Source: Heterodontus francisci
Taxonomy: Eukaryota
NCBI RefSeq assembly: GCF_036365525.1
Contig: NW_027141237.1
Coordinates: 558,001-622,000, forward strand
Direction: 5' to 3'
Length of the DNA: 64,000 nt
The position numbers and the translations under genes were made by a program. Positions 1 through 12,270 of the stretch are shown here, in pieces. The notes under the pieces were generated by a model. That model saw only the letters and a program-made list of their open reading frames with translations. It ran no database searches and was not told where the DNA came from. Position 1 is the first letter of the stretch. Every line of letters begins with the position of its first letter.

Positions 1-159
1 TCCTAAGTATCAGTTATGCAAATCTATCTGTATTGACATGGCTGCTAAAGTATTCTCGTTGCAGACTTTTATTTTGTTTCCTGAAGGTACGTTCAGGCTT
101 CAGGGTCACAAATATTCAAATTAAGCTGAGCCATCTGCAACAGCACATATCAGGCAGTT

Positions 160-800
160 GGGACGATGGGACTGAGCAGCGGGTCTGTGAGAGAGCACGG
201 GATCTGGAGAAGGAATCATTCTTTTGGGAGCAGTAAACATCTGGTCGATGGGACTGAGTACATGGTACGGGAAAGTGAACGGCGGATATCAGGAGTAAGC
301 ACCACGTCCATGGGAATGAGGCCATGGTCTCGGAAAGTGAACACCGAGTATCAGGAGTGAGCATCGGATCTCGTGGAGTGAACACTGGGTCTGTGGGACT
401 GAATAACGGGTGTGACATCGTGAGCACCGGGTTGGTGGGAGTGAGCAACTGTTCTCGGGATCTGTAACTGAGTACCTGGTGTCTATGAATGGAACTGATT
501 TCTGGGACAGTGGAGCTGAGAATGTGGTCTGGTGAAATTGAACTGAGCATAGGGTGCGCAGCAATGTTACTGAGCACCAGGTCTGGTGGAGTGGAACAGA
601 GAACCAGATCTGGGAAAATGTGACCAATCATTGTGTTTGTCGGAATGTGATCTGGGTTGTGCGGAAATGAAACTGAACCGTGGGTTTTGTAGAGTAGTAC
701 TTCCCATCGTGTCTCGCGGAGTGGAATTTAGCCACCATGTTCGAGGAAGTGGGATCAACACGGGGTCTGGCAGAATGTGAGTTATGGCCATGTCTAACTT
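160..800. repeat. Degenerate minisatellite, ~20 bp unit (roughly TGGGACTGAGCACCGGGTCTG)
   Basis: Recurrent gggactgag/ctgagcaccgg/gggtctg motifs; overlapping ORFs (e.g. 116..631) translate as periodic low-complexity peptides (PDLVL, PDHIL, DPVF, DPML). Confidence 0.75.
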
Positions 801-842
801 CCGTGCTCACTGAGGCAAGAAATCTCCTTCAACAATAAAAAA

Positions 843-900
843 ACGCAACCATTATCTACTGCTGTTTGCTATCTCATTCTTGCGATGGTCGGTTTTCAGG
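843..900 (+). CDS. Putative (decayed) coding exon 1 of GPCR gene A
   Basis: GCTGTTTGCTATCTCATTCTTGCGATGGTCGGTTTTCAGG|GTGATG aligns with exon 1 of gene D (GCTATTTGCTATCCGATTCTTGCAGTGGTCGGTGTTCCAG|GTGAGT). It has the same phase-1 donor, at 901. Reads TQPLSTAVCYLILAMVGFQ; the first codon is ACG, not ATG. Confidence 0.7.
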
Positions 901-934
901 GTGATGGATTCCACAAGCAGACTGTTCATTACAC

Positions 935-1150
935 ACAGGAGCATAAGAGCAGGAGTAGTCTAATCAGCCCGTCACGCCTGCTCCGCCATTCACTTATATC
1001 ATGGCCGATCATCTGCCTCAATGCGACTTTCCCACGTTATCCCCATATCACTTGATGTCATTAGTACCTGGATATCTATCGATTTGCCTCGAATATGCTC
1101 AATGACTGATTTCCACAGCCTTCTTGGGTGGAAAATTCTAAAGATTTTCC
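935..1150 (-). mobile_element. CR1 LINE 3' end fragment in the intron of gene A
   Basis: cataagagcaggagtag...gcctgctccgccattc...ttccacagccttc...gg matches the reverse complement of the CR1 3' ends seen elsewhere in the window (e.g. 36250-36460). Confidence 0.6.
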
Positions 1151-1501
1151 ACATCTGTTTAAATTGCTTCCAGTACATATCTACCTTTCATAGGGATTCA
1201 CATTCAGCTACATACCATTGCGGAGAGCGAAGAGATGAATATTTATTGCTGAATTCATTCAAAGCACTTGGGCAATGTGGCATTGCATCACACCATGCAT
1301 TCCCTTTCCCTGGTAGGTAGTGTTCCATTTGGAATGAATAACAGGTGGTGTGAAGAATAGATGGTCCATGTGGCACCGCCTGTTCCCACTATTGCACAGC
1401 ACGAATTTCAGGCCCTTTAAAAATCGCACAAATTCCCAATGAACTGATGTTTTTCTTCTGTGAGACCAGCTTGTTATTTATTTTTTTCTTTCTAATGACA
1501 G

Positions 1502-2406
1502 GTAACATAATGGCGATTATGATTCTATCCCGAGGGAAGTGTGGTCTCTCCAAATGCATCACTTGCTACCTGGTGGCGATGGCTGTGGCGGATCTACTAG
1601 TCGTTCTCACTAGTGTTTTGTTGAATCGAATAATCGCTGCTTATTTCCCAGTCAGTTTTCTGTCCATTACCCCAGTGTGTGCTCTGAAAACGTCACTGGT
1701 TTATGCTGCCAAAGACAGTTCAGTCTGGTTAACGGTCGCTTTCACCTTTGATCGATATGTGGCGATTTGCTGGGGGAAGAAGCTGAAACACAAATATTGC
1801 ACCAACCAAACGGCACGTGGCGTTGTGGGAACGGTGCTTGCACTGAGCTGTTTACGAAATATTCCTTGGTACTTTTCATTGGAACCTCTGTATATCAGTA
1901 ACAATATACCCTGGTACTGCAACTTCAAATCTATCTTTTACACAACGCCTCCATGGATAACATTTTCGTACCTTTCCCATATTTTAACCCCACTTGTACC
2001 CTTAATTTTAATTGTATTGCTGAATGCACTGACTGTGAGATCTATTGTTCTGGCCAATAGAACCCGTAGGGCTCTCCGTGGCAAGCAATATGGTGAAGAT
2101 GAGAATGACCTTGAGATACAAAAACGAAGAAAATCCATAATCTTACTTCTAACTTTATCAGGAAATTTTGTTACCTTGTGGATGACGTTTACTGTACATT
2201 ACTTATATTTCCGAATTACAAACTCTTACAGTTACACAGGATACAATGACCCTCTCTATATCCTTCAAGAAGCCGGGTACATGCTTCTCCTTTTGAGTTG
2301 CTGCACAAACACCTTTATTTATGCAGTGATCCAGAAGAATTTCAGAGAAGATTTCAGACATTCATTGAACTATCCGTTTAGATTTGTTAAACTGGTTAAA
2401 TGGTAG
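1502..2406 (+). CDS. GPCR gene A exon 2: GPR139/GPR142-like orphan class A receptor (TM1 C-half to C-terminus)
   Basis: Open 905 nt exon after a polypyrimidine tract and acceptor (tttttttctttctaatgacag|GTAAC). Motifs: N-I-M-A (N1.50), YLVAMAVADL (D2.50), ECL1/TM3 Cys, FTFDRY, PWYC (ECL2 Cys), LNALTV, SCCTNTFIY, helix 8 FRED. The ORF-track start at 1447 lies in the intron. Confidence 0.93.
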
Positions 2407-2858
2407 CATTATCCTTGTTTGCTTCAACCATTGTTGATGTATTTGTTGGGTTTGGGAGAAAAATGGCTTTGGGCAATACTGAATCTCTGGGCATGTTTTA
2501 AACCCGTTGGCTCTCCAAATAATTAGTAGAGCTGGTCCGGTGCAATTGGGAGACGTCTATTTTCTTACAGTAACAGTAGCTGAAACTGATTGTCCCTTGC
2601 TCAAAGCAAATATATTGTTATACCTTAAATTAAAACTATTCGGTTGGGGATTTAACCTTCTAGAGTACTTGAACAGCAGCCAGTCCTAACGAATAATAAT
2701 TTGCTTCAATAAGACGAGGAAGAAACTTATTGGATTGGTTGATATTCATGCCTGGTAATCAATATAATTGACTGGAATGGAACTGAATATCAGATGGTGG
2801 GTATAATAGACAAATATTGGCGGCGGCCTGTCTCGTTTTCAGTGTCTGTACCGCAATC

Positions 2859-5800
2859 TATACCATTTTCGTGGCATTAGAAGTTGCATCAGAGTTTTTG
2901 GAAAAGCAGAATGTTTCCCTCAGTGACTTGATAACTTTAAATAAGAAGAAACTAAAAACAATGGCGGAAAAATTCGAGTTAGAATTGGAGTCAGGTGCCA
3001 AGAAAGCAGAGATAATCCGATTTGGAAGGCTTAACGAAATATGCTGCGACCTGTGGAGCGACTGGACTGAATTAACAGTGCGTTTTTCCCACCACGATCA
3101 GAATTATAGATTTTATAGGGGGCTTTGTCCTGCATGGTTGTAACATATTTTCATTGGATGCTCGTCTGCGGTCGAGTCATATTCAATTAGGTGTCTCGTG
3201 TCTGGGATCAGGATCAGAATAATTTGAAAGGCTCACATTTGGAATCGTATTAATTGTTTGTCTTTGGGATAACATACAAATTGGGGTATTGCTCTCGCAT
3301 CTGGGAACATATCAATTGGAATATTGATTGTTGGTATCCTAAAGTAATGCCAATTACAAAAAAGAAAAGGAGCCAGGATCATTGTTTAATAAGGTACACT
3401 TACCATTATACCATTGTAATGGCAGTTGCAGCAGAGCTTTTGGGAAAGCAGAACGTTTCACTGAGTGACTTGATAACTTTAACCAAGAACAAACTAAAAG
3501 AATTGGCAAAAAAATGGGGTTCGAATTGAAATCAGGTTCCCGAAAGCAGAGATAATTGACATAATAGCCCAACATCTGGAATTAGAAGAAGAAGGAAAAG
3601 ATGAGAGACAAGAAGGTCATAAGTCAGAGAGTGATGCTGTAAAATTGTTTGGAATTCAATGAGAAATCAGAAAACTTGAAATTCAGCGAGAATGTGAAAG
3701 AGAAAAGGGTGGGGGTGGTGGAAATTTAGGCTAAAAGAGATGAAACTAGGACAAAGGAGTAGTTTTGAATCCAGGGTAAATTGTGTTCAGGAAGAATATG
3801 AATCAGCTCAGGGCCCAGCGAAAACTTGTTTAAATTTATACAGGCTCTCTCTAGGTTCGAGGAAAGGGACAGAGAGACATTTTTTTTCATTTATTTTGAG
3901 AAAATAGCAAAGCAGATGAAATGGCTGAAGGAAAGCTGGACGCTGCTTATGCAAAACAGATTGGTAGGCAGAGCTCATGAGGTCCATGCCATGCTTGCTG
4001 ACCAGGCTTCTGCAGATTATGAGATAGCAACAAAGGTTATCCTCGCTGTGTATGAGTTAATCCTGAAGCTTACTGTCAGCAGTTCTGGAACTTATGGAGA
4101 TTAGCTGGGCAGACAACGTAGAATTTGAGAGGGTGAAGCAAATTAATTTTGACCGTTAGGTGCTAGCATTAAAGATGCAATCCGTAAGAGAACCTTCGAA
4201 AAGTTTAAAAACTCCATTCCTTCAGACGTGAGTACTCATGCAGGTAACCTGAATGTTTTCAAAGCGAGGCAAGCAGTGGGAATTGCTGATGATCTTGAGC
4301 TTGTGAATAAGCTAAATTCGTTGGTCCATCACCCCCATAAACTCGAGAAGGATAGAAAGTGGGAGAGTGAAACGAAGGCAAGTAGCCAGGGGCAAGAAGA
4401 AACAGCTGGGAATGCCCCAGGATTACTTCCTCAGGTTAGAAAGGAAGGTGCTGAGGTTAGAAGTGAGGTTCACAAGTCGAGGTATTATCATTACAACAAA
4501 ACGGGTCATCTTCGTTCAGAATGCTGGAAATTGCGAGGTAAATCCATTGTACTTGTTGACGCAAAGCTCGTGTAGAGGAAAAGACTCTGACTGAGAGTAT
4601 AGCAGACCAGGCTATATCTTTAATGACAGTTGTAAAACCAGATACAAAAACAAAAAGGAGTGTAGAGGTTAAGAATAAAATACCCGAGAGTTATAATGAA
4701 TTTTCGTCAAAGGGGAGAGTAACACCATATCCTGTAAGTGAGACAGGAAAACCTATCATTACACTCAGGGATACATGTGTAACCCAAACATTCTTGCTGG
4801 GAAAGATGACTTTTCACCGGAGAGCACCTGAAGTGAAAGCTTTAGTTCATGGAATTGGCGGTGAGTATATACCCGTACCTTTACATAAAGTATGCCCAGA
4901 GAGTGACTTAACATCTGGTATAGTAATTGTAGGATTGGCCTCAGTTTGCCAGTAGAGGGAATTGATCTCCTCCTAGGAAATGATTTAGCCAGATCAAAAG
5001 TATCTGTTTCTCCTATAATTACAGAGGAACCAAGTGAAATTAAGGAAACGGAGCAATTACATGAACAAGTTCCGGTAATATTTCTTGCATCTGTAGTCAC
5101 CCGAGGAATGCCTAAAAAAGATCCATTGTCGGAGGTAAAAGTGGTACCACAAACAAGGAAAAACCTTATTTGGGGGATTTCGATCATTCAAATGAGTTAT
5201 TTAACAGATCGTCTATCATTGCAGCGCATTAAGCTGATCCAGAGATGTACCAAAGGGCATAGTCGACTCTGACAGAAGCAGGGCGAAAGGAGTTCCAGAA
5301 GGCTTTTAAATGGCAAACAGGGTTTTGAGGAGGAAATGGAGACCGCCTCAGAGTCCTGCCGACAAAGACTGGGCAGTTGTTGAAGAGAAAGTGGTACCAC
5401 TTAAATACCGCCAGGGATTGTGGAGGTTAGCACATGCCATTCCTTATGAAGCACATAGGGGATTTGGGAAGACTAAATCACACATAAACCAACAGTAGTG
5501 CTGGCCAGGTCTTACAAAGGATGTGAGATTATTTAATAGGATATGCTGTACATGTCAAACGGTAGGAAAACCAGAACCCTACCATAAAACCGGCACCACC
5601 AGTTCCCATACCAGTGATTGAGGAACTATTTGGCAGAGTATCGGTAGACTGTGTAGGACCCTTGCCAAAAACAAACGCAGGTCATCAATACATACTTACT
5701 ATCATTGATATGGCTACTCACTTTCCAGAGGCCATTCCTTTGAGGACAATTACTGCTAGAATAGTAGTATAAAAATTAACCCAATTCTTTAGGAGATATA

Positions 5801-7090
5801 GTTTACCACCTAAAGTTCAGTTAGATCAAGGTTCTAATTTCAAGTCTAAGATATTTCAAGAAGTAATGGGCAATTTGGGAATTAGACAGTTGAAATCATC
5901 AGCATATCACCCACAGTCACAGGGAGCTTTAGAAATATTTCTCCAAACTCTCAAAACAATGATTAGAACATACAGTCATGAATATCCACATGACTAACAT
6001 AAAGGACTAGATTTTCTTTTATTTGCCACCAGAGACTCACCGAATGGGTCCACAAGCTTCAGTCCTTTCGATTTGGTTTACAGACATGAAGAAAGAGGCT
6101 CTCTAAAACTTATAAAAGGCAGATTCTTGGAACAACAGAATTAAACTTCGATACTGGACTATGTGTCTATGCTCTGGGAAAGGCTCATGAAATTTGGCGG
6201 TGTGGCTCAGGAACACCTTAAAGCATCCCAAGACAATATGAAAAAATAGGCAGACAAGTATTTAAAAGTCCACGATTTTTAACCAGAGGATTAAGTATTA
6301 GTTTTGCTACCGTTACAGGGAAAACCATTAAAAGCACGGTTCAGTGGCCCATGGAGAGTGATCAAAAGAGTGGGTAAGGTAGATTACTTGATTTACTCCC
6401 CTGTTCACTGGAAGAAGAACCAGTTGTGTCACATCAATGTGCTAAATCAATATTATCGCAGGGAGGAGGATAAGCCATTGCAGGTATGTCAGGTAATCGG
6501 GACTGTTGAGAAGGAAAAGGTTAATAAGGATGAGGCAGAAGCAGGAATTGTAAATTCTCTGATTGAAGCTCCAACTATCAGATTAGCGAATGCAGAATGG
6601 CAAGAAAAATACACCACGTGCCTTTGCACTTCGAGGCAAAACAACGTGAAGACCTAATCAGGTTTTTTGCAACGTTTGAAAAAGTTTGTAGGGATAAACC
6701 GGGATGTACAACCTTAGCCACACATGATGTGGGTACTGTTCCTTTAAAACAATATCCTTACCACTTGAGTCCGGACAAACAGGGCCAAGTGAAAGCAAAG
6801 ATCCCGTACATGCTGGAAAACAATTTGATCAAATCTAGTGAAAGTAGCTTGAGTTCATCGGTAGTTCGAGTACCAAACCCTAATGGGTAAACCCAATTTT
6901 GCATAGACTATAGTAATATCAATGCGGTAATGAAGGCAGACTCCGACCCAATTCCATCATTAGAAGACTGTACCAAAAGAGTAGACAGCGCTACGTTTCT
7001 TATTGAGTTCGACTTGTTAAAGGGATACTGGCAATTTCCTTTGACTCCTCGAGCTAAAGAGATATCAGCTTCTGTAACACCCGACGGTCT
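2859..7090 (+). mobile_element. Degenerate Ty3/gypsy LTR retrotransposon, Gmr1-like (gag-PR-IN-RT order), 3' truncated
   Basis: SCAN-like capsid (FEKIAKQMKW...L VGRAHEV...DY, 3826-4104); zinc knuckle relic (YYHYNKTGHLRSECW); protease (LRDTC, IDLLLGNDL); integrase HHCC and core (VDCVGPLP, DQGSNF, SSAYHPQSQGALE, ~5400-5950); GPY/F (FSGPW); then RT N-half (FCIDY, FDLLKGYWQ, 6750-7090). Many stops and frameshifts. Confidence 0.88.
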
Positions 7091-7395
7091 GAGTGAGTGG
7101 GCAAAAACCTGGCAGGTGGAATTTAATGTTGGAAAGTGTGAGGTCATGCACTTTGTCAGGAAGAATCCAAATGCAGTCTATTACTTAATTGGAAAGAGAC
7201 TCCAAACGAAGTGCAGCAAAGAAGGATCTGTGTGTTCTTGTGCATGAAACACGAAATGTTAGCCTGCAAGTGCAGAAAGTAATTAAGAAGGCAAGTGGAT
7301 TCTGGCCTTTATTGCTAGGATGTTGGAGTTTAATAATAGGAAAGTCTTGTTGCCACTGGACAGAATTTTGGTGAGGCTGCACCTGGAGTACTGTC
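7088..7395 (+). mobile_element. CR1 LINE RT C-terminal fragment
   Basis: SEWAKTWQVEFNVGKCEVMHF...LVRLHLEYC. Confidence 0.85.
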
Positions 7396-7929
7396 CAATT
7401 GCCAAGTCCAAATCAGTAATGTCAATTGTGAACAACAGTTTTAACATGACCAATCCTTGTCAAACACTGCTCCAACCTTTTGCCTGTCTGAGTGGCTATC
7501 CGTTATGCCAAGTTTTGTTTTTGGTTTTGTAGCCAGCTTGCTAACCTTTCTGCTACGTGTACCCTGACTTTACAGGCTCTGATTTCAGACGGGAGTCTAT
7601 TGTGTAGTACCTTATTAATGGCATATTTGAAATCTAATTCTATGCAACTACTACCTTGCACTTGTCCAATATTTATTTCACTTCATCAAAGAATTCAATA
7701 CAGTTTTGTCAAGCATGGCCATTTGCAGCACTTGCTGACTGCAGTTTGTTATATTTTAGGTCGTTGCCATCAATGTTAAGCTACCTGGTCTACAGTCCCC
7801 TGGAATTGCTTCATATCCATTTTTAAAATGCAGGTATATCATGAGCTGGCTGCCAGTGCCCTGACACTACTACATTTTCCATTTTTTTAGTGTCCATGTA
7901 ATAGTGCTCCTGCTACCTCGTCCCTTTTA

Positions 7930-8270
7930 AAGTGGTGCTGCATCAGCGAGACCTTCTGGTGTATGCACACAATTCTTTGAATGTGGCAGGCCAAGTTGAA
8001 AAGTCAGTTGAAGAAAAAAAAACATACGGATCATGGGCTTTATATATAGTGTTATGGAGTACAAAACCAAGGACGGTATGCAAAACGTTATAAATTACTG
8101 AATAGGCATCAACTAGTGCATTTCAAAAAGAAATTGCATGCATACCTGGAAAGGAGACATGTGCAGGACTTTGAGGAAAGACCAGGAGATTGGAACTAAT
8201 TAAATGCTCTTCCAAATTCAGCGTAGGCATTAATGGCCTCCTACTATGTAAAAAATTCCATGATTCAATG
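7930..8270 (+). mobile_element. Old CR1 fragment(s)
   Basis: Degenerate RDLGV...SLNVAGQVEK and a CR1-like 3' tail ending tccatgattcaatgatt. Confidence 0.5.
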
Positions 8271-8764
8271 ATTGTAAATCTGTTGCTGAAGTCATTCCGT
8301 TCACGAACCACTCAGAAGGATCTGCCTTGTTTCCAGAGGTCGGAAACAATTTGAAACTTCTCAGTGCTGGTGAGTGAACGTGCCCGGTTCCAGTGCTGAT
8401 GCCACAGATCATTCAATTTCCATTGTATATCGGGCATTGACTGAGGAAGTCTGTTACACACGCTTCTTCTCTGGGTCTGCACGACATATACATAAATACA
8501 TATGTTCTGTTCGAATTATTCTGATTGGGATAATCCCTCCATTAGTTCCTTTAACTTCCAGTGAAGCAGATTGTTAATCCCAACAACGTAACCATTGTAC
8601 TTTCCTCGACACATTTTCCCTTATCTATGTTATATTTCTGACATTTCCTGTGTTTCCCATTCTATTTATAGTACATTACTCTTTACAAATGCAGAATCGT
8701 GCCCAGTTTGGCAACTCATACGAAGAATTGCAAATACATTCTGATTTAGTACAGGCAGCATAGA

Positions 8765-9115
8765 GGCTAAGAACAAGAGTAGGCAATTCAGAACCTACAT
8801 CCTGTTGCGCCTAATCATTTTATCATCGCTGATCTGCACATTAACACAACTTACCCGGCTTAGTTCCATAAAACCTAATGCTTTTGACAGAAAAAAACTC
8901 CGTTTTGAACTGCTCAATTGATCCACTGATTTACACAGATATCCACTAATATAAAGTACTTCTGCATGTCTATCTTCACAAGGAACCTCAATTAACCATC
9001 TTAAACACCTCAATTAGATCGTCCCTTAATTCTGCCAAAGGCAAGCGACTAAGAGTCCAGTCTGTGAAAATGTTCTTCATAATTTAATTCTTTTACCTGC
9101 ATTATCGTTCTGGTG
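8765..9115 (-). mobile_element. Old CR1 3' fragment
   Basis: aagaacaagagtaggcaattcag...cacctcaattagatc...ctggtgaa resembles the reverse complement of CR1 3' ends in this window. Confidence 0.5.
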
Positions 9116-9117
9116 AA

Positions 9118-12100
9118 ACAAACACAAAATGTTGCAGATGCAGGAAATATGAAATAAAAACAGAAAATTCTGGAAGTACTCAGCAGGTCTGGCCCAGACG
9201 TTGTGGACAATGAAACAGAGTTTACGTTTCAGGTCCCAGTCCTTTCTTCAGAAATTGGAAAAGTTGGAAATGTAATACATATAGAACGAATGAAATGGGG
9301 AGGATGGGAAAAGGAACAACAGGGAAGGTCTGCAATAGGGTAAAATACAGGAGAGATAAATTGACAAACATTTTCATGGTGCAAAGCCAAATACAGTGGT
9401 AATACGATAAGTAAAGAGATAAAGATATATGCCTAGCTTAGGTGTGAATGGCTGAATCCTGAATATCTGCTGTTCGAATACAAAGTGAAGAAAACAACAT
9501 AGAAACGAGAGAACAAAACAGACCAGTGAAGAAAAGTGAAGCAAATGGGGTCAGAGAATAGGACCTTATAATTGTTGAAATAAGTGTTGATTCCAGAAGG
9601 CTGTAAACTGCCCAGTAGAAAGGTGAGGTGCTGTTTCTCTATACTGTGTTGTGATTCATTCGAACAGTGAAGGAGGAAAAGGACAGAAAGGTTAGAGCGG
9701 AAGCAAGAGGCAGAATTAAAATTACAGGCGACTGGAAGCTCGGAGTCCTGTATGCAGACTGAGCAGAGGTGTTCCACAAAGCGATAAAGCGATCATTCAG
9801 TCTGTGTGTGGTTTCCTAAAGTGGAGGCGACCACATGGTGAGTACTGAATGCTGTATTTTATGTTACAAGAGGTACATGGAAAGTCACCGTTTCATCTGG
9901 AATGAGAGTTTGGGGTGATCAGGAGTGAGGAGCTAAAAAAGCAAGAATTTCATCTCTTTTGCTTGAATGCAAAGGAGTCATTAGAAGGGGATTGGGTGTT
10001 GAGGTTGATTGTCGAGTGGGAAGGTAACCATGGAGGGAACAATCCTTTTGGAATGCTCTAAGAGGAGTGGAGGGGAAAATTTGTTTGGTGGTGAGATCTT
10101 GTTGGAGGTGGCAGAAATGGTGGAGGATGATCCATTGAGTATGCAGGTTCATGGGGTGAAAGGAGAGGACTAAGGAGACCAATTGTATTTCACAGAGGGA
10201 TGAGAAAGTGTGAGAGCAAAAGTGTGAATAAGAACGGACACAGTCACAGGCCCCGTTGAGGAGGCGGGAGGGTGTGGGGTCGGGGGGGTGTTGTGTGGAT
10301 AGAATTCCTCGATTTAAGAAAAAGGAAGGCATATCAGAAGCGTTCGTGTGGAAAGTTGCATTGTCGAAACAGAAGCAATGGGGGTGGAGAAACTAGGAGA
10401 ATGGAATGGAGTCCTCACAGGAATTAGGGTGCAAGGAAGTGTAGTCAAGGTAGATGTGAGAGTCAATTGACTTACAGTCAATATTTGCTGATAGCCTTTC
10501 ACCAGAAATGGAGAGAGAAAAATCATGGAAGGGAAGGGAAGACATGGAGATGGACAATGTGAAGGGGAGAGAAGGGCGAAAACTGGAAATATAGTCGAGG
10601 AAATTTTCCACTTCAGTGCGAATGCAGAAAATTCAAGACAGTCATAAAGGTAAAAGAGGTCAAGCACCGTGTCTGAGTAGAACTGGAACAAAGAATGTTC
10701 CACGTGTCCCACAAAATGTCCCACGTGACCCATGACCCCATAACAATACATTTTACTTGGAGGAAGTGAGTGGAGTTAAAAGAGCAGTTGGTCAATGTGA
10801 CAACAGTTTCAGACAGGCCGAGGAGGGGTATGGAGGATTGCGACTGATTGGGCCTGCGTTCAGGAGGTGGAGAGCTCTCAGACCGTCCTGCTGAAGGATG
10901 GAGATGTAGAGGGATTGGACATCCATGGTAGAAGGGAGATGGTTAGGGGCCACCAAACTGGAAACTATTAAAGTGAAGACGGGCATCAGTGACTCACGGA
11001 TATAGGTTTGAAGGGATTGGAATCGAGAGAAAAGGAAATCTGCTCAGTGGGACAGGGACAAGCTAAAACGATGGATCGACCAAAGTTATCCTGTTTGTGA
11101 ATTATGGGAAGGAGGCAGAGGTTGGGGAATTATGAGGTTGGAGGCCTTGAAGGGATGATCTCCAGAGAAGATGAGGTCAGTGACATTCCTGGATAGAATA
11201 GCTTGACGTGCGATGTTTGGTCATAGTCCAGGAAGAGGTATGAGGACGTGTCGGGGAATTGGTGCTTGGCCTCTGCAAGGTAGAAGTCGGTACATCAGAC
11301 AACTGCAGCATCGCTCTTGTCAGCAAGTTTGATGACAATGTTAGAGTTGCACAAAAGAGAAATGAGTACTGCAAGTTCAGAGGGAAATAGGTTAAATTGA
11401 GTGAGGGGAGAAGAGAAATTGAGGTACCGATTTCATGCCAGCAGTTCTCAATGAACAGAACTAGCGAGAATCAAAATGAAAAATGCCAGAGGGAAGATTG
11501 AAGGTGGAGGGAGAATATTGGAGACAGGCAAAGGGGCCAGCTGTGTGGAGGGAAGACCCCTGCCCAAGGAATTCGATACAGATGTGAAGATGATGAAAGA
11601 ATAGCTCAACATAATGCCAAGCTTGAATTTAATTGAGGTGGAGTTATTAGGAGATGAAGCTTTGGCCTTTGCTAAGAACAGATCGTTTAGGGTCAGATAG
11701 TGGAAGATCGGATTTTGTCATGGATACACAGCGAAGGGTAAGATGGGAAGAAGGGATGGGGTCACTAAGAAGTGATGGGGAAGAATTATCCAGCGGGGTG
11801 TTTGTGTCCATAGTTACTGAAGCTTGCAATCCTTCACTCCAGAAAAAAATAAAAATAATTGTTTTCTTAAAGTGAAGGACGGGATGAAGGATGGAATGAA
11901 ACTGCAGTCCAGGACAGGTTTGAGATAGAGTGAGTCGTTGCATGTTGTGGCATATGGCATTGAGTGTGAATCTCAGGATGTGGCAAGAACGGCAATGATG
12001 TCTGTTTAAGTGATATCTGTAATTGCGGGTGAATCTGAAACAAGAAGGGTGATATTTTAGTAAGAATTCACGTGGAATAAGTCGAAGCCAGAGACAGTTG

Positions 12101-12270
12101 TGAAGGAAGGAGATATGGCCATGAAAGCGCGAGAGGGAAGTAGAATACAATGAAAGTGAACAATATAGTAAAAGCAAATGGAAATCGCTTCAGGGTGAAA
12201 AACAGAATTTCTTCAAGGCGGGTATTCTTGGAAGAGAAGAGGCAGTGAATTAAACATTAATGAAACACAT
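9118..12270 (-). mobile_element. Penelope-like element (PLE), near full-length but degenerate: RT plus C-terminal GIY-YIG endonuclease
   Basis: Minus-strand fragments in order: LSDPKRSVLSKGQSF; TMDVQSLY; NCSFNSTHFLQVKCIVMGS; SSLPFHDFSL...DSHIYLDYTSLHPNSCEDSIPFS; EHLCSV...LPVACNFNS...EKQHLTFLLGSLQPSGIN (PLE GIY-YIG C-terminus). Terminal segment at 9118-9256. Confidence 0.88.
9219..9256 (-). ncRNA. Degenerate minimal hammerhead ribozyme motif in the PLE terminal repeat
   Basis: Minus strand reads TTT-CTGAAGA-A-AGGAC-TGG-GACCT-GAAA-CG-TA-AAC: CUGAnGA and GAAA cores, imperfect stem II. Confidence 0.5.

Noticed and set aside
116-631. 171 aa ORF
   Set aside because: Translation of minisatellite; periodic and low complexity.
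1447-1501. ORF-track N-terminus MFFFCETSLLFIFFFLMT as signal peptide or TM1
   Set aside because: It is the intronic polypyrimidine tract before the AG at 1500-1501; paralogs splice at the same position.
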